NCBI GenBank assembly: GCA_028826165.1
Contig: JAPDFW010000121.1
Location: 1 to 64,000 of the forward strand
Direction of reading: 5' to 3'
DNA from: Anaeramoeba ignava BMAN
Lineage: Eukaryota > Protista > Anaeramoebae
DNA: 64,000 nucleotides
Under the pieces are notes generated by a model, which worked only from the letters and a program-made list of their open reading frames with translations, was not told the DNA's origin and did not search any database. Of this stretch, positions 26,894-42,701 are shown piece by piece. How positions within the stretch are numbered: the first letter of the stretch is position 1; every line of letters begins with the position of its first letter. A program made the translations under genes and the position numbers.

Positions 26894-26984
26894 AATGAAT
26901 TTTTAAATTTTAATTTTAAATGAATTTTAATTTTAATTTTAATTTTGATTTTGATTTTGATTTTAAATGAATTTTAATTTTAAC

Positions 26985-28136
26985 TCATTTTCTTCTTATT
27001 TGTGGATTTTGAAGCAATTTATATCGAATATAAAACGTCCAAAATAAAACCAAAAACAAAATAATCAAAAGAAAAATTCTTCTAAACCATTTTTGACGAT
27101 CTTGAGAAATAATAGCAGGAAAAATTTCATTTTTAATTTTCCTATTCCAAAAACCCATAATATTATCAAGAGGATCATTCAAACATTCCTCTCTTATTCT
27201 GAATTCAAAGGGCTTTTGACCCATAATAACATCTCTATCATCCTTCCAAGAAAATAAACAAGGACCAGCCAAAGTATGAAAAGGATTGATTTCAATACAA
27301 ATTGGATTCAAAGTGATTTTTCCATTTTGATTTTTTGATTTTAAAAGAGCAAAATCAATCACATAATCTTTATAAATATGTTTCAATTTGGGATCGATAA
27401 TTGATGAATGAAAATCTCGTATGATTTTTTCAATTTGGCTTTTTTGAGCGAGTAAAACGGGATAAAAAACAATGTCGAAATATTGCGAAATACAATTCAA
27501 TTTGTTATTATGAACAAATCCACGAAATTCATAACAACTTTTGATTTTTTCCCATTTGCGTATGATAATTGATGATGAATAAGGTGATCCATCTTGATTT
27601 TTAAATTCTGATCCACGAAGAAGATCAGTGAAAATTCTAGACGAATTAATCAATAAATCCAATGCTTCTTGTCCATTTTTCACTTTCAAAACCTGGGAAG
27701 TTGAGTGAATGAAATATTTCAAAATATCATTTGCAAATATTTTATTTTTCCAATTGATTTTTAGCTTTTTTTTCTGGTGAACTTGAAGTAATTTTTCAAA
27801 TAAAAAATTTTCCGCTTTTGAATTGGGTTGTTCGTAAACTGAATCTTTAGGGCTTCTTGTCTCAAGTTTAATAAATGCTTCTCCTCCAATTTCTTTGATT
27901 TCTTTTGAAAGTTGATTTTTTAAAATTTCAAGTGTTTTTTTTTGTTCTTCAGAAATTTCTCCTGTTTTTTTTAAATCTTTATGTGCGTTAATTAATGCTT
28001 CTATTGTTTGTAAATTGATTGGTAATATTTTTGTTTTGAATGTGTGTTCTTTTATTGCTTCAATCCATTTCTCAGTTGAATATGAGAATTGAAAGTTTCT
28101 TGCTTTAAGTCTTCCTTGATCTACTCCAATTTGCAT
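26985..28136 (-). CDS. Cdc123/D123-family (R2K) ATP-grasp protein with a C-terminal transmembrane helix, intronless, 383 aa
   Basis: Motifs FIKLETRSPKDS, RKWEKI, EFRGFVHNNKLNCISQY, YVIDF and IEINPF...CLFSW; C-terminal hydrophobic segment IFLLIILFLVLFWTFYI flanked by basic residues. Confidence 0.85.
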   Translation of the reverse strand: MQIGVDQGRLKARNFQFSYSTEKWIEAIKEHTFKTKILPINLQTIEALINAHKDLKKTGEISEEQKKTLEILKNQLSKEIKEIGGEAFIKLETRSPKDSVYEQPNSKAENFLFEKLLQVHQKKKLKINWKNKIFANDILKYFIHSTSQVLKVKNGQEALDLLINSSRIFTDLLRGSEFKNQDGSPYSSSIIIRKWEKIKSCYEFRGFVHNNKLNCISQYFDIVFYPVLLAQKSQIEKIIRDFHSSIIDPKLKHIYKDYVIDFALLKSKNQNGKITLNPICIEINPFHTLAGPCLFSWKDDRDVIMGQKPFEFRIREECLNDPLDNIMGFWNRKIKNEIFPAIISQDRQKWFRRIFLLIILFLVLFWTFYIRYKLLQNPQIRRK

Positions 28137-28190
28137 TAAAAAATTAAAAAATGAAAAATGAAAAATGAAAAATGAAAAATGAAAAATGAA

Positions 28191-29650
28191 ATAATTTTAT
28201 AAATAATTTTATAAATAATTTTATAAATAATTTTATAAATAATTTTATAATTAATTTTATAAATAATTTTATAAATAATTTTATAAATAATTTTATAATT
28301 AATTTTATAAATAATTTTATAAATAATTTTATAAATAATTTTATAAATAATTTTATAATTAATTTTATATTTAATTTTATAATTAATTTAATAATTAATT
28401 TTATAAATAATTTTTATAATTAATTTTATATTTAATTTTATAATTAATTTTTTTATTACTTTTTATAAATAATTTAATAATTAATTTTATAAATAATTTT
28501 AATAAATAATTTTATATTTAATTTTATATTTAATTTTATAAATAATTTTATAAATAATTTTATAAATAATTTTATAAATAATTTTATAAATTAATTTTAT
28601 ATTTAATTTTATAATTAATTTTATAATTAATTTTATAAATAATTTTATAATTAATTTAATATTTAATTTTATATTTAATCAAATTTAATTTTATATTAAT
28701 TTTTTATTTAATTTTATTATTAATTTTATAAATAATTTTATAAATAATTTTATAAATAATTTTAATAAATAATTTAATAAATAATTTTATAAATAATTTT
28801 ATAAATAATTTTATAATTAATTTTATAATTAATTTTATATTTAATTTTATAAATAATTTTATAAATAATTTTATAAATAATTTTATAAATAATTTTATAA
28901 ATAATTTTATAATTAATTTTATAAATAATTTTATATTTAATTTTAAAATAATTTTTATAATTAATTTTTATAATTAATTTTATAATTAATTTTATAAATA
29001 ATTTTATAAATAATTTTTATAATTAATTTTATAAATAACTTTGTAAATAATTTTATATTTAATCAAATTCCACTTTTTATTCTATTTTATTAATAATTTT
29101 ATAATTAATTTTATATTTAATTTTATAAATAATTTTATATATAATTTTATAAATAATTTTATAAATAATTTTATAAATAATTTTATAAATAATTTTATAA
29201 ATAATTTTATAAATAATTTTATAAATAATTTTATAAATAATTTTATAAATAATTTTATAAATAATTTTTATATTTAATTTTATAATTAATTTTATAATTA
29301 ATTTTATAAATAATTTTATAATTAATTTAATATTTAATTTTATATTTAATCAAAATTCCACTTTTTATTCCACTTTGTTTTTATTTTATTAAAATTTTAT
29401 CACAAATATTATAATTAATATTATAAATAATTTTATAAATAATTTTATAATTAATTTTATATTTAATTTTATAAATAATTTAATATTTAATTTTATAAAT
29501 AATTTTATAAATAATTTTATAAATAATTTTATAAATAATTTTATAAATAATTTTATAAATAATTTTATAAATAATTTTATAAATAATTTTATAATTAATT
29601 TTATAATTAATTTTATAATTAAATTTATAATTAATTTTATAAATAATTTT
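28191..29650. repeat. 12-bp intergenic satellite ATAATTTTATAA (~1.45 kb)
   Basis: Continuous array. The same unit with embedded CAAATTCCACTTTT also occurs at 19455-19750. Confidence 0.9.
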
Positions 29651-29737
29651 ATTTGGAAAAATGTTTTTGTTTTAAAATTTATTTCAATTTAATTTAAACA
29701 AAAAAAAATTTTGTTATTTGTTTTTTGTTTTTCTGAA

Positions 29738-29965
29738 TCATTTCAAATATTCATCACAAGAATCAGAATCAGAATTAGAATCAGAATCAGATAAAATTTC
29801 TTGATTTTTCTTATTTTGAGAATCAAAATCAGTAGAACTAACAACATCTCTTGCCAAAGGAATTAACAAATCTTGAATATATTCTTGCAAAATTAAACCA
29901 ATAGATAATAACGAATTATATTCAATTATTGAAGACATTTCTAGATTTTCTTTTTTTATTTTCAA
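29738..29965 (-). CDS. Short ORF or orphan terminal exon with motif SLLSIGLILQEYIQDLL and an acidic tail; 5' end unresolved
   Basis: Complex, coding-like sequence between two satellites. In-frame ATG gives MSSIIEYNSLLSIGLILQEY...; no convincing upstream exon was found. Confidence 0.4.
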   Translation of the reverse strand: MKIKKENLEMSSIIEYNSLLSIGLILQEYIQDLLIPLARDVVSSTDFDSQNKKNQEILSDSDSNSDSDSCDEYLK

Positions 29966-30184
29966 ACTGGCATAAATTTAAATATAATTTAATTTCAATT
30001 AAATCAATTGATTTCACAAATTTTAATTAAATTTCAAATTTAATTTCTTTGGAATTTAATTTCAATTTAATTTCAATTTATTTTAAATGTTTTTCGAATT
30101 ATTTTAATTTAATTTTTTTGTTTCGGATCATTTCGATTTTAATTTTTTAAAGAAAAATGAAATTTCAAAATCGGAAAAAATTTT

Positions 30185-30850
30185 TTTCAATTTAATTTCA
30201 ATTTAATTTTTAATTTAATTTATTTCAATTTCAATTTCAATTTAATTTCAATTTCAATTTTAATTTAATTTCAATTTTATTTTTATTTCAATTTTATTTC
30301 AATTTAATTTCCATTTTATTTCAATTTAATTTCAATTTATTTCAATTTAATTTCAATTTTATTTCAATTTAATTTTTATTTCAAATTTCAATTTCAATTT
30401 AATTTCAATTTCAATTTATTTCAATTTAATTTCAATTTAATTTCAATTTCAATTTAATTTCAATTTTATTTCAAATTAATTTCAAATTTAATTTCAATTT
30501 AATTTCAATTTAATTTCAATTTAATTTCAATTTATTTCAATTTAATTTCAATTTAATTTCAATTTAATTTCAATTTAATTTCAATTTCAATTTTATTTCA
30601 ATTTTATTTCAAATTAATTTCAAATTTAATTTCAATTTAATTTCAATTTAATTTCAATTTAATTCAATTTATTTCAATTTTATTTCAATTTTATTTCAAT
30701 TTAATTTCAATTTTATTCCAAATTAATTTCAATTTAATTTTAATTTAATTTCAATTTAATTTTAAATTTAATTTCAATTTAATTTCAAATTAATTTCAAT
30801 TTTTTATTTCAATTTAATATTTCAATTTAATTTCAATTAATTTCAATTTT
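30185..30850. repeat. 11-bp satellite TTTCAATTTAA
   Basis: Seen directly downstream of the Ctf8 gene. Confidence 0.85.
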
Positions 30851-31301
30851 AATTTTATTTAATTTCATTATTTCAATTTTAATTGGAAATCTTCGTAAAT
30901 TTTTTTGAACATTTTCAGGAAGAATTGGTTTTGGTCTTTGATCAAATAATATTTTATTTCGAATTATTGCTATAATTTCATATTTTGTATTTTCTTCTTC
31001 TTTAATTTTTTTTGTAACAATTAACGGTTTTTTAAATTTAATAAAATTTCCATTTATTAAATGATTTCCAATTTGAATTGTTGGATTTCCCTTTTTTTTA
31101 AATTGATTTTTTTAATTGGATTTTTTTAATTGAATATTTTTAATTGAATATTTATTGAATTTTTTTTTTTACTTCTTGTGATATTTTTAATTCTCCTAAT
31201 TTTTTCATTGATAATTTTTCATCTTTTGATTGGATTTCTCCTTGAAATTCAATTAAAAACCATTCATTAACTTCTTTTGAAAATTGAATTAATAATTTCA
31301 T
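30833..31301 (-). CDS. CTF8: Chromosome transmission fidelity protein Ctf8 (Ctf18-RFC subunit), not in the ORF track; exons 31301-31173 and 31090-~30833 (stop position approximate)
   Basis: MKLLIQFSKEVNEWFLIEFQGEI...LGELKISQE-GNPTIQIGNHLINGNFIKFKKPLIV...YEIIAIIRNKILFDQRPKPI matches Ctf8 hallmarks (EW..ELQG.I, IG.H.L.G, KILF..RPKPI). Confidence 0.9.
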
Positions 31302-31594
31302 ATTTTATTTTATTTAAAAATGAAAAATGAAAAATGAAAAATGAAAAATGAAAAATGAAAAAAAAAATTGATGTTTTTATTCCTTTTTTGATCAATTACA
31401 ATCTCTTTTTTTGATTGAAAAGAAAAAGCTAAAAAGCTAAAAAGTAAAAAAAAAAAAGGAAAGAAAGAAAAAGACAAAAAATTATTTTTGAATGAAAAAA
31501 AGAAAACAAAAAGTAAAAAATTCCAAAAGAAATTGGGGAAAAAAAAGTAAAATTGAAAAGAAATGAAAGGAAATGTTATTGATCATAAAGTGGA

Positions 31595-34500
31595 TCACAT
31601 CAAATTTTTCTTAATTGTGTAAATCAAAAGATTTACATTGAGAGTTAAATATTCCAATTCAAGATTAAGTTCCGAATTATGTTGTAATTCAAGTAAATTT
31701 TCCATATTAATTGTTGTTTCATAAAGAGCTTTTGGTCTGTTTTGATAATACAAGCCAAAACCAAAAACACCTGGAGATTCTGTATTACTAATTTTGAAGA
31801 AGACCGATTGTTGACTAAAATGAAAATAAAATTATTAAATAATAAGTATTAAATAAATAATAAATAAATATTAAATAATAAATATTAAATAATAAATAAT
31901 AAATATCAAAATATTAAATATCAAATATTAAATACAAAATAAATATTAAATAATAAATATTAAATATTAAATAATAAATAAATAATAAATAAATATTAAA
32001 TATATAATAAATAATAAATAATAAATAATAAAATAAATTAAATAATAAATAATAAATATTAAATATTAAATATTAAATATTAAATATTAAATATTAAATA
32101 ATTAAATAAAATAAATAATAAATATTAAAAATAAATATTAAATAATAAATAAATAATAAATTAAATAAATATTAAATTAAAATAAATATTAAATAAATAA
32201 TAAATATTAAATATTAAATATTAAATAATAAATATTAAATATTAAATATTAAATATTAAATATTAAATAAAAATAAATATTAAATAAATAATAAATATTA
32301 AATAAATATTAAATATTAAATAAATAATAAATATTAAATATTAAATAATAAATATTAAAATATTAAATATTAAAAATAAATAATAAATATTAAATAAATA
32401 ATAAATATTAAATAAATATTAAATAATAAATATTAAATAAATAATAAATAATAAATAAATATTAAATAATAAATATTAAATAATAAATAAATAATAAATA
32501 AATATTAAATATTAAATAATAAATAATAAATAAATATTAAATAAAAATATTTGAAACAAACCGATTTTCAGGAATATCAGACTCGGCAAGAACACCACTC
32601 TTCTGAAATTCAGCATGAGAAAACTTAATAGTCTTATTCTTTCTACGCAAAGAACCACGCATATTATTGCGTTGTTTTTCATAAGCTTGACGCCTAACAT
32701 TCTCGAGATATTCACGATAAATATCAAGTTGTTTGCGAAGATATTCACGATGAAGATCAACATTTTCTTTAACAGATTCCAACAATTCAAACTCTTTAAG
32801 AATACGTTGGTGATATTCATCGCGCTGGAGAAGAAGAGTCTCGATATCAGCGCGCAATTTCTTAAAATTATCATCAGGAGAAAGAACTTTTTCTCTGATC
32901 AACTTTTTCATGTTTGACAGGATTCTTTTGATTTTCTTATTGATTTTGGCGTCCTTTGTCACCTTGGCTTCCTTTCGAAGGTTTTGAAGACCCTTGATAA
33001 ACATAGCCGTATCGACCTCTTTATCAGGAGGGAATTCCTTCAGAAGCTTTTGATAAATTGTCGCCAATTTTTCCTTTGTTTCCTTATAAAGAATATTCAA
33101 GTTGTTTTTCTGCTGCAGAACTGGCGAAGTGAGATTATTCTCAAGTGCCAATTGAATCATTGGGCACAAATTACGATCGAGTTGTTTTGGTTCCTCGCCC
33201 ATTGTGTCAAGTAGTTTCTTTAGTGGATCTTCTTGATCACTTATGAAATCATTAATATATTTTCTGAACAATCCGTGAACAAAATAAATTTCATTTAGTG
33301 AAATGTGGATTTGTTGTGATTCAGAAGAGAGACTTAAAAATTTATTCAGCGATTCATCAATTTCAAGGTCTTCTACTCTGCACAATCTTTCCAAGAAATC
33401 GCAGAGTTTTTTTCGCTGTTCAAGCATAAAATCCCTTAAAACTGCCATATAGGCTTCTTTTTTCCCAAAGGAATCTACCATGTTTGATAAATTCTGTAAG
33501 ATCTTTGCTAATAGCGTTAAGTTTCTTCGTGAATTCGGTGTTAGTTTTCCTTCTACTAAATGATATGCTGTTGGTGTTACTATTGCTGGGTTTAAAAATC
33601 TTAAAATAAAGAAACTTCCTATTAATGCACTTGAATCATATTTGTCTGCGTTCGGAAAGAATTCTTGTGTTAAATTTCGGATTTGTTTGCAAATTAATCG
33701 GATTCCGTAAGGAACCATATCGATTTTTTCGATAACGAGGTCTAAGAGCTTAATTTAATAAAAATAAAAATAAATTAAAATTAAAATCAAAATTAAAATT
33801 AAAATTAAAATTAAAATTAAAATTAAAATTAAAATTAAAATTAAAATTAAAATTAAAATTAATATTGAAATAAAATTAAAAATAAAAATAAAATTAAAAT
33901 TAAAATTAAAATTAAAATAAAATTAATAAAATTAAAATTAAAATTAAAATTAAAATTAAAATTAAAATTAAAATTAAAATTAAAATTAAAATTAAAATTA
34001 AAATTAAAATTAAAATTAAAATTAAAATTAAAATTAAAATTAAAATTTAAAATTAAAAAAATAAAAATTAAAAATTAAAAATTAAAATTAAAATTTAAAT
34101 TAAAATTAAAATTAAAATTAAAATTAAAATTAAAATTAAAATTAAAATTAAAATTAAAATTAAAATTAAAATTAAAATTAAATTAAAATTAAAATTAAAA
34201 TTAAATTAAAAATTAAAATTTAAAATTAAAATTAAAATTAAAATTAAAATTAATTAATAAAATTAAAATTAAAATTAAAAATTAAAATTAAAATTAAATT
34301 AAAATTAAAATTAAAATTAAAATTAAAATTAAAATTAAAATTAAAATTAAAATTAAAATTAAAATTAAAATTAAAATTAAAATTAAAATTAAATTAAAAT
34401 TAAAATTTAAAATTAAAATTAAAATTAAATTAAAATTAAAATTAAAATTAAAATTAAAAATAAAATTAAAATTAAAATTTAAAATTAAATTTAAAATTAA

Positions 34501-36345
34501 AATTAATATTTAAATTAAAAAATTAAAATTAAAATTAAAATTAAAATTCATTTTGAAATAAAATTTACTGAATTAAATAACTCTTGAAGTTTTTGAATAC
34601 GAGGAGCTAAAATCTCAATAACTTTAGGATGCTCAGCAGCTTCTTCATTAACAAGTTTACGTTTCAAATTTGTCATTTCACCTGTAGTACTTTCCTGTTC
34701 ATTAATCCATTGTTCATAAATTCTAATAGGATTAATTTCCAAATTAAGTTCTTCATCATCAACAATTTTTTGGAGAGGACTTGATAACAATTTTTTCAAA
34801 TATAACTGACCAGGACCTCTTCGCGAATACGTAAACAAAAGTTTAGTTATTGTGGTGTTTGCGCGCAGAAGGGTATTTGTATGTGTGCAATTCTGGAACT
34901 CTTCATGAAGTGCAACTTCGAATAATAATAAAAGTAACTTTTCTTCTCTTTGATCATAATGATTCCCGTAAATTGTAAACATAATCAGTTGCAGTAATTT
35001 TTCACATTCAAGTGGTGTTACGTATCTGCTTACGAGCGCTAAGTACCGTGGCTCGTGGAATAATAGATAAAAAAGGTTGCTGTATTTTTCTCTTACTCGT
35101 TCATCTTTTATTGAAATTATTTTTAAATCATCAGCATTTTCTGCAGCTTCAAGTTGTATCTCATCTAATGATATTCGGTTTTTGATTAATAGTGCAATTT
35201 TTTGATCTAAACCTTTGATTTCTTTTTCAAGTTGAAAGTTTTTTCGACTTTGTGTTGAGATTTTCTTCTTTAATCGTTCAAGAATTTCCAAATCTTTATT
35301 TTATTTTTTTAAATGAATTTTTAAATGAATTTTATAAATTAATTTTTAAATGAATTTTGATTTTAATTTTAATTTTAATTTTAATTTATAAATGATTTTA
35401 TTTTTAAATGAATTTTAATTTTTAATTTTTTTTTAATTTAAATAATATTAATTTAATTTTTAATTTTTATTTTAATAATAATATTTTATTTTTAATTTTA
35501 ATTTTATTTTTAATTTTAATTTTAATTTTAATTTTATTTTAATATTAATTTTAATTTTAATTTTAATTTTAATATTATTAATTTTTAATTTTAATTTTAA
35601 TATTAATTTTAATATTAATTTTAATTTTAATTTTAATATTAATTTTAATTTTAATTTTAATTTTATTTTAATTTTAATATTAATTTAAAAATTTTTATTG
35701 CTTTTAAAAATAAAAATTTTTTAATTTTATTTTTGATAAATAAATACCTTTTAATTTTAATTTTAATTTTAGTTGTTTTTTTTATTAAAATAATTAAAAT
35801 TTTAATTTTAATTTTAATATTAATTTTTATTTTAATTGTTTTAATTTTAGATTTGTAGTTTGTTTTGATTGATCAATTGAGAAATTTTATTTTAAAAAAA
35901 TAATTTTGAAGTATTAAAACATTTTATTGCTTTTTAAAAAAATAAAAATTTTTTTTTTGCTTGTTTTATTTTTTTTTGATAAATAAATACCTTTTTGATA
36001 TTGACTTTCACTAGAAATTATGCCCAAACTTTTCTTTCTAGTTGTTTTTTGATTAGAAGCTAAATTAAAAATTAAAAATTAAAAAAGATTTTATTAAAAA
36101 AAAAAAAATAAATTAAAAAATAAATTAAAAAAAAATTTTCATAATTAAAAAAACTTTTTAAAATAAAATTTACTTTTTTCATCTTCATTTTCTTTACGTG
36201 TATTTGAATTTTTGTTTAAATTTGAATCTTTTGTGTTTGGAATTGGTGTTTCTGCGTCTAAAAGAAAATCTGGTTCTAATAAGAAATTAGGTTCATTTGA
36301 TTGAAGAACATTTGATTTTTTATTTTTATTTTCTTTATCATTCAT
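31595..36345 (-). CDS. RasGAP with RasGAP_C domain (IQGAP-related, S. pombe Gap1/Dictyostelium DGAP1 type); exons 36345-36174, 36059-35991, 35293-34569, 33748-32562, 31814-31595
   Basis: LDQKIALLIKNRI, FTIYGNHYDQREE, LLRANT, LNLEINP, VPYGIRLICKQI, FFILRFLNPAIVTP, RRNLTLLAKILQNL; C-terminal LLELQ...LNVNLLI. All junctions are phase-consistent. Confidence 0.93.
33770..34548. repeat. (AAAATT)n hexamer satellite filling a RasGAP intron; an (AAATATT)n array fills the next intron at 31830-32540
   Basis: Seen directly. Confidence 0.9.
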
Positions 36346-36559
36346 TTAAATTCTCTTTCAAAAAAAAAAAATTAAAAAATTAAAATTAAAAAAAAAGGAA
36401 AAGAAAAAAATGATTTTTTTTATTTATTTTATTTTTAATTTTTTTTTATTTTAACTCAAAATGACTAAAAATTATTTTCTCCTTTTTTTTTCTTTTTTTT
36501 AATTTTTCTCCAATTTTTTTTTTCTTTTCTAAAATTATTCTTTTAAACTTATTCTTTTT

Positions 36560-37070
36560 TTCCACTTTTTTATTAATAAATTTATTCCATTTTTTATTAA
36601 TAAATTTATTCCATTTTTTATTAATAAATTTATTCCACTTTTTATTAATATATTTATTCCATTTATTCCACTTTTTTTATTAATAAATTTATTCCATTTT
36701 TTATTAATAAATTTATTATATTTTTTGTTAATAAATTTTTATTCTATTTTTATTAATAAATTTATTTTTTATTAATAAATTTATTATATTTTTATTAATA
36801 AATTTATTTATTTTTATTAATAAATTTATTTATTTTTATTAATAATTTTATTTTTTTTATAAATATTTTTATTTTATATTTTTATTAATAAATTTATTCT
36901 TTTTTTTATTAATAAATTTATTCTATTTTTTATTAATAAATTTATTATATTTTTATTAATAAATTTATTCTATTTTTTATTAATAAATTTATTCTATTTA
37001 TTATTAATAAATTTATTATATTTTTATTAATAAATTTATTCCACTTTTTATTAATAAATTTATTCTATTT
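36560..37070. repeat. ~20-25 bp minisatellite built on the palindrome TTTATTAATAAA, between the divergent RasGAP and MYST genes
   Basis: About 20 copies of TTTATTAATAAATTTATT followed by CCAC/CCAT/CTAT/ATAT variants. Confidence 0.85.
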
Positions 37071-37152
37071 TTTTGTTGTTTTGTTTTTTTTGATTTTTTT
37101 ATTTTTCATTTTATTTTTCATTTTATTTTTTTTATTTTTATTTTTAAAATAA

Positions 37153-39817
<2,665 letters not shown>

Positions 39818-40007
39818 TTTGAAATTCAATTTAATTCTTTTTATTAAATAAAAAAGGGAAAAAAAATTGTTATTGAAAAAATAATTTTAAATTTCGCATT
39901 TTTGATATTTTTTATTTAATTTAATCTAATCAAAAAAGCAAAAAAAATTTTTGTTTATTTTTTTTTTTCATTTTTTTCATTTTTTTTTTGCTTTTTTTTT
40001 AATTTAA

Positions 40008-42011
40008 ATGATTTCAAAAACAAGAATTGAAACAGATTCTATGGGAAAGATTGAAGTTCCTTCAAATGTTTATTGGGGAGCTCAAACTCAAAGGTAAATA
40101 AAAATTCATTTATAAAATTAATAAAATTATAATTAAAATTAAAATTAAAATAATTCATTTTTAAAATTAAATTAAAATTCATTTATAAAATTCAAATTAA
40201 AATTAAAATTCATTTATAAAATTAAAATTCATTTATAAAATTTAAATTAAAATTCATTTATAATTTTTGGATAATTAAAGATCCTTACAAAATTTCCGAA
40301 TTGGAGATGAAAGACAAAGAATGCCACTTTCAATAATTCGAGCATTTGGTATTTTAAAAAAAGCTGCTGCAATTGTGAACATAAAAGCTGGACGACTTGA
40401 TGAAAAAATAGGGAAAGTTATGATTCAATCAGCAGAAGAAATAATTCGAGGTGAATTGAATGATCACTTCCCACTTGTTGTTTGGCAAACAGGATCAGGA
40501 ACCCAGACAAATATGAATGTTAACGAAGTCATTTCGAATCGATCCATTGAAATTTTAGGGGGAGAAATGGGGACCAAAAAGCCAGTACATCCAAATGATC
40601 ATGTGAATCTTGGACAATCTTCAAATGATACATTTCCAACAGCAATGCATATTTCTGCAAGACAAGATATAGATTCTGTTCTTATTCCTGGTTTGAATGA
40701 ACTTTATCAAGCTCTTTTAGAAAAATCTCAAAAATTCTCGAAAATTATTAAAATTGGAAGAACTCATTGTCAAGATGCTGTTCCTTTAACTCTTGGTCAA
40801 GAATTCTCTGGTTATGCTCAACAACTCAAATATTCTATTAGAAGAATTAATTCTACTCTTGAGAGTCTTAGTGAATTAGCAATTGGTGGAACTGCAGTTG
40901 GAACTGGTATTTTTTTTTCCGATTTCCAAAAATTTTTTTCCGATTTTTTATTTTATATTTAATATTTATTATTTTATATTTATATTTATATTTTATATTT
41001 TTTATTATTTAATATTTAATATTTAATATTTATATTTAATTTATTTTATATTTTATCTTTATATTTATTATTTAATTTAATATTTATTATTTTATATTTA
41101 ATATTTAATATTTTAATATTTTTTATATTTAATATTTAATATTTTATATTTAATATTTAATATTTAATATTTAATATTTAATATTTAATATTTTATATTT
41201 TATTTTATATTTTATATTTATTATTTATATTTAATATTTTATATTTTATATTTAATATTTTATATTTTATATTTTTATTATTTAATTTATTTGAAAAAAA
41301 GGTTTAAATACATTCGAAAAATTTGATGTTATGGTTAGTGAAGAAATATCAAAAATAACAAACATTCAATTCAAACCAGCAGAGAATAAATTTGAAGCAT
41401 TAGCAGCACATGATGCAATTGTAGAAACAAGTGGAGCATTAAACACAACAGCAGTATCACTAATGAAAATCGCTAACGATATACGCTTTTTATCATCAGG
41501 CCCACGAACTGGATTTGGAGAGATCATTTTACCTCCTAACGAACCAGGCTCTAGCATCATGCCTGGTAAGGTTAATCCAACACAATGCGAAGCTTTAACT
41601 ATGGTTTGTGGTCAAGTTATGGGAAATCACGTCGCTATTACAGTAGGTGGCGCTAACGGCCACTTTGAACTTAATGTCTTTAAACCAATGATGATATATA
41701 ATCTTCTACATTCAATCCGTATTCTTGGTGATGCTTGTAGATCATTCGCAAAAAATTGTGTTGTGGGAATAAAACCAAACAAAAAGAGGATCGCTAATTT
41801 TCTCGATCAATCTCTCATGCTTGTTACTGCTTTGAACCCTTATATTGGTTACGATAAGTCAGCCATTGTCGCTAAAACTGCTTTTGAAAAAGGAATTACA
41901 TTAAAAGAAGCTGTTATTGAATTGGAATTAATGACTGGAGAAGAGTTTGATGAAAGAGTTAAGCCCGAAAATATGCTTTCACCAATTAAATTAGTAATTG
42001 ATAAGAAATGA
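40008..42011 (+). CDS. fumC: Fumarate hydratase class II; exons 40008-40093, 40281-40906, 41302-42011
   Basis: [73 protein letters not shown], signature [22 protein letters not shown]. Confidence 0.97.
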
Positions 42012-42701
42012 ATATGAATTCCTTTACATTTTCCATTTTATTCAAAGTTTTTTTTTTCAATTTTTTTTTTGCTAGTTCAAATTTTTTTAAAAAGTGGAAC
42101 AAAATTTTTTTTTTAAATTTTTTTTTTTCATTTTTTTTTCTTCTTCAATAATTAAAAAAAAAACAATTATTTGATGGCTTTTTATTTTCTTTTTTAAAAT
42201 TTCTTTTTTAAAATTGAATAATATTAACCCAAATAACTATTTTTTTTAATTAATTTTCTTTTATTTTTTTTAAAAAAATTTTTCAAAAAAAAATAATTTA
42301 ATGTGCAAATAATTTAATAACTACCTTGAAAATAAAGCCAAATCAGACAATAAAATTTCAAGGAATCTTTTAATTTTATTGAATGAAGAAAAAAACAAAA
42401 GAGAAAAAAAGAAGAAATAATTTAATTTCTTTTTTTTTTCAAAGTGAAAATTTTTTTTGAAAAAAAAATTAAAAAAAAAAAAGAAATTTTGAAGATGAAA
42501 AAAAAATATCGTGAATGAAGAGAAAAGTTAAAGAGAAAAGAATTAAGTTTTTTACAAATAAAAAAGTTTTAAAACTTTTTGTTTGAAAAAGCTAATTCAA
42601 AAATGTCTCAAAAAAAAAACTACACTTGATCTGACACGAAAACTTAATAAAATTAAAAAAAATTAATTAAAAATTTTTTTTTTTTCATTTTTTTTTTTCG
42701 A

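Noticed and set aside
32512-33214. Overlapping ORFs within the RasGAP exon (similar cases at 46476-47436 and 63028-63639)
   Set aside because: Shadow ORFs in G+C-richer coding DNA with no recognisable motifs.
36560-37070. CRISPR-like look of palindromic repeats with variable gaps
   Set aside because: The gaps are short related variants rather than unique spacers, the context is eukaryotic, and no cas genes are present.
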